This document shows, one piece after another, positions 61,222 through 64,000 of a stretch of 64,000 nucleotides of DNA. The position numbers were made by a program, and so were the translations under genes. Position 1 is the first letter of the stretch; each line of letters opens with the position of its first letter. This DNA comes from an uncultured delta proteobacterium (GTDB lineage: Bacteria > Desulfobacterota > Desulfobacteria > Desulfobacterales > SG8-13), in the NCBI GenBank assembly GCA_963728055.1, contig CAVSIM010000027.1, positions 157,866 to 221,865 of the forward strand, read 5' to 3'. The notes beneath the pieces are model-generated. The model searched no databases. It was not told where the DNA came from and saw only the letters and a list, made by a program, of their open reading frames with translations.

Positions 61222-62211
61222 TCAGTTCTTGTCGGCCCGGCGCTCGATGTGGTTCATGATCCATCGCTGGAACTTGCGGTCGTTTTTAACGTCGATCTGG
61301 CCTTTTAGAGCCTCCAGCTCGATTTCGGCCCGGGCCATGCTCTTGTGCCCGCCGGCGGATCCGATCTGGCCGAAGCCCTTGGCGGCAACGGTGCCGGCGT
61401 TTTTGCGGATGCCGTCGTTGCGCAGGATCACGATCAGCTTGTGTTCGAAGATGCCCGAAACGATGCTCCAGTTGACGTCCTCGACGCGCATGAAAAAATC
61501 CGCGATCAACACGCAGACATCCGCGGCGGAAACGGGGCCCAGGTGCACAAAAACGCGGCCGTTGCGCAACACCATGTTCTGCAGTGCGCTCTTGTAATAT
61601 TTCAAAAATTCGAAACGGATTTCCGCCTGTTCGATCTTGCGGGCCAGATAGATGTTGGCGTGCCGGAACAGGAATTGAAAAGCCCGCACGTCTTCGATCA
61701 GGGTATGCCGCTCGAAATCACAGGTGTCGGTCTTGATGGCGTGGAAAAGCCCGGTCGCCAGTTTTACCGACGGGTTTATCTTGGCCGCCCGCAGGTACTC
61801 GGTCATGATGCTGGCCGTGGCGCCGTATTTCGGCCGGATGTCGAGAAACGGCGCCTGCACGCCGGTTTCGGGGTGATGATCGATGATCACCTGGGGCGCG
61901 AATGTCTCCAGGACCGGATGGTGCTTCGGCTGGGAATCGACCATGACCACCCGCTGATACTGATCGCGGTTGATCTGGTCGATGGGAGTCAGTTTGATTC
62001 CCAGCAGACGCACCATGGCCTGGTTGTCGGGCCGGTTGATCTCGTTGACGTGCCCGATCGTGGTACCGATGATTTTATGCCACAACAGGCGGCTGACGGC
62101 CATGGCGCTGGCCATGGCGTCCGGGTCCGCATTGATCAGAATCAGCACGTTGTCGTTGCTCGAAAACTGATCGTAGAAGCGTCGCAATTTTTCGGATGCG
62201 GATAAAGGCAT
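61222..62211 (-). CDS. DHH-family phosphoesterase (NrnA-like)
   Basis: DPDAMASAMA, IIDHHP and C-terminal DHHA1 GSAGGHKSMA motifs. ATG at 62211 (MPLSASEKL) is preferred over 62247. Confidence 0.8.
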   Translation of the reverse strand: MPLSASEKLRRFYDQFSSNDNVLILINADPDAMASAMAVSRLLWHKIIGTTIGHVNEINRPDNQAMVRLLGIKLTPIDQINRDQYQRVVMVDSQPKHHPVLETFAPQVIIDHHPETGVQAPFLDIRPKYGATASIMTEYLRAAKINPSVKLATGLFHAIKTDTCDFERHTLIEDVRAFQFLFRHANIYLARKIEQAEIRFEFLKYYKSALQNMVLRNGRVFVHLGPVSAADVCVLIADFFMRVEDVNWSIVSGIFEHKLIVILRNDGIRKNAGTVAAKGFGQIGSAGGHKSMARAEIELEALKGQIDVKNDRKFQRWIMNHIERRADKN

Positions 62212-62373
62212 GTGTCCAAGTCTCCTTGGGTTCGGCGCGCGCATCATACGTCGGGCACACCCGGATTACAATACAAATATCGTTTTCGTTCATGCCGGAA
62301 TTATTTAAGTGCAGCTGCAGTATAAGCCGGAAAGACCATCCCGGCGAAGGCGGCCGGCCCCGGCTCACCAAAT

Positions 62374-62409
62374 AAAATGCCCCGGGGTCCGCAGACCCCA
62401 GGGCATTTT
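62374..62409 (-). terminator. Rho-independent (bidirectional-looking) terminator after clpB
   Basis: AAAATGCCCCGGGGTC ... GACCCCAGGGCATTTT is a near-perfect inverted repeat with A/T runs on both sides, 20 nt downstream of the clpB stop. Confidence 0.65.
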
Positions 62410-62428
62410 AGTATCCAGGCGTCACCCC

Positions 62429-64000
62429 TCAGGCGGTTTTGAAGACGATGCGGTCTCCTTCTCGTTCGCAGCTGACGCGATCGCCTTCCCGGATGGTCCC
62501 TTTCAGAATTTCCATCGACAGCTCGTTTTCGATGTTCTTCTGAATGACACGCTTCAACGGTCGGGCGCCGTACAGGGGATCGTATCCTTTTTCGGCCACA
62601 AATGTCTTGGCGCCTTGCGAGAGGACCAGATCGATGTTCTTTTCCGCCAGGCGGCGGGCCAGCCGCTGGATCTGGATGTCGACGATTTCGCCCAGCTGCT
62701 CCGGACTCAGGTTGTGGAAGATGATGGTTTCGTCGATCCGGTTCAGAAATTCGGGTTTGAAATGGCTCCTGAGCGCCTCCATGACCCGCTCCACCATTTC
62801 GGCGTAACCGCGGCTGCCCCATTCCTGAATATACTGGCTGCCGACATTCGAGGTCATGATGAGGATAGTGTTTTTGAAGTCCACCGTCCGCCCGTGACCG
62901 TCGGTCATGCGGCCGTCGTCCAGAATCTGGAGCAGCACGTTGAAGACCTCCGGATGGGCCTTTTCGATTTCGTCGAACAGCACCACCGAATAGGGGCGCC
63001 GCCGCACGGCCTCGGTCAGAAAGCCGCCTTCCTCGTAGCCGACGTAGCCGGGCGGGGCCCCGATCAGCCGGGCCACGGCATGCTTTTCCATGTATTCGGA
63101 CATGTCGATCCTGACGATCGCCTGCTCGCTGTCGAAAAGAAATTCCGCCAGTGCCTTGGCCAGTTCCGTTTTGCCGACGCCGGTCGGCCCCATGAAAATA
63201 AACGAGCCGATCGGTCGGTTGGGATCCTGCAGGCCGGCGCGGGCGCGCCGCACCGCATTGGACACGGCCGTGATGGCCTCCTGCTGGCCGATGACGCGCC
63301 GGCCGAGACGCTCCTCCATGTGGATCAGCTTGTCTTTTTCGCCCTCCAGCATCTTGGTGACCGGAATGCCGGTCCAGCGTGAAATGACCTCGGCCACATC
63401 TTCGGCCTCGACCTCTTCCTTGAGCATTTTGTGGTCCTGCTGCTTTTCGGCCAGCTGCTTGTTGGCCTCCTCGAGCCGCCGCAGCAGTTCGTTCAGCCGG
63501 CCGTAGCGGATTTCGGCCACCTTGGCCAGGTCGCCGGACCGTTCGGCCTGCTGGGCTTCGACCCCGAGGCGCTCCTGCTCCTCCTTGATCGCGCGGATTT
63601 TCTGAATCAGGTCTTTTTCGTTCAGCCAGTGACCCTTCATTTCGTGCAGGTCTTCCTTCAGGTTGCCCAGTTCGCCTTCTAGTTTCGCCAGACGCTCGCG
63701 CGAGGCCGGATCGCTTTCCTTCTTCAACGCTTCGCGTTCGATCTCGGCCTGGGTGATGCGCCGCTGAATGTCGTCTATTTCGGTCGGCATGCTGTCGATT
63801 TCGATCCGGAGCTTGGAGGCGCACTCGTCGATGAGATCGATCGCCTTGTCGGGCAGAAACCGGTCGGTGATGTAGCGGGCCGACAGCGTGGCCGCGGCCA
63901 CGATCGCCGCATCCTTGATCCGGACCCCGTGGTGCACCTCGTATTTCTCCTTGAGGCCGCGCAAAATGGAGATCGTGTCTTCCACGCTCGGCTGTTTGAC
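62429..64000 (-). CDS. clpB: ATP-dependent chaperone ClpB (partial; the N-terminal part lies beyond the window)
   Basis: Coiled-coil M-domain (..[22 protein letters not shown]..), NBD2 Walker [15 protein letters not shown] and sensor GARPLKR. The frame stays open to the window edge. Confidence 0.93.
   Translation of the reverse strand, partial: VKQPSVEDTISILRGLKEKYEVHHGVRIKDAAIVAAATLSARYITDRFLPDKAIDLIDECASKLRIEIDSMPTEIDDIQRRITQAEIEREALKKESDPASRERLAKLEGELGNLKEDLHEMKGHWLNEKDLIQKIRAIKEEQERLGVEAQQAERSGDLAKVAEIRYGRLNELLRRLEEANKQLAEKQQDHKMLKEEVEAEDVAEVISRWTGIPVTKMLEGEKDKLIHMEERLGRRVIGQQEAITAVSNAVRRARAGLQDPNRPIGSFIFMGPTGVGKTELAKALAEFLFDSEQAIVRIDMSEYMEKHAVARLIGAPPGYVGYEEGGFLTEAVRRRPYSVVLFDEIEKAHPEVFNVLLQILDDGRMTDGHGRTVDFKNTILIMTSNVGSQYIQEWGSRGYAEMVERVMEALRSHFKPEFLNRIDETIIFHNLSPEQLGEIVDIQIQRLARRLAEKNIDLVLSQGAKTFVAEKGYDPLYGARPLKRVIQKNIENELSMEILKGTIREGDRVSCEREGDRIVFKTA

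Noticed and set aside
62301-63824. 507-aa minus-strand ORF in an alternative frame of clpB
   Set aside because: Its translation is extremely Arg/Gly/Pro-rich, and it overlaps the clearly real ClpB frame on the same strand. It is a frame-shifted shadow.

Overview
High-GC (about 60% by eye), densely coding chromosomal segment from a sulfate-reducing Desulfobacterota-type bacterium. That assignment rests on a complete dsrA-dsrB-dsrD-dsrN operon, a tetraheme cytochrome c3 and a sirC/ccsA-like/hemA cluster. The window also holds tatC, dapA, ilvE and a five-gene glycogen cluster. It carries two origin-proximal housekeeping blocks: dnaN-gyrB, and rpmH-rnpA-yidD-yidC-mnmE. Other calls are asnS, htrA, a TIGR03960-type radical SAM gene next to rng, the membrane subunits of a Na+-translocating decarboxylase, an MFS transporter, fabD, an MBL hydrolase, a DHH phosphoesterase and a partial clpB. 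No rRNA, tRNA, CRISPR array or transposase was recognised. Many long ORFs in the track are antisense or frame-shifted shadows typical of high-GC DNA, and I did not call them. Six observations seem most worth following up. (1) An orphan actin/MreB-like ATPase sits beside a membrane-anchored Amidase_2 peptidoglycan hydrolase, with a 12-bp hairpin between them. (2) A visibly lower-GC insert between gyrB and asnS carries a ParE/antitoxin pair, a divergent ThyA-superfamily enzyme and a NadB/FrdA-like flavoprotein. (3) The glycogen cluster is built from eukaryote-like parts, including a 1429-aa GH13 plus amylo-1,6-glucosidase fusion. (4) dnaN-gyrB lack dnaA and recF, and an AT-rich region with DnaA-box-like sequences lies upstream of dnaN. 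(5) An RdgC-like reading frame is split by an in-frame TGA. (6) A perfect 24-bp inverted-repeat element has degenerate relatives in a decayed AT-rich patch next to hemA. All family assignments come from motif recognition in the translated ORFs; no database search was run.
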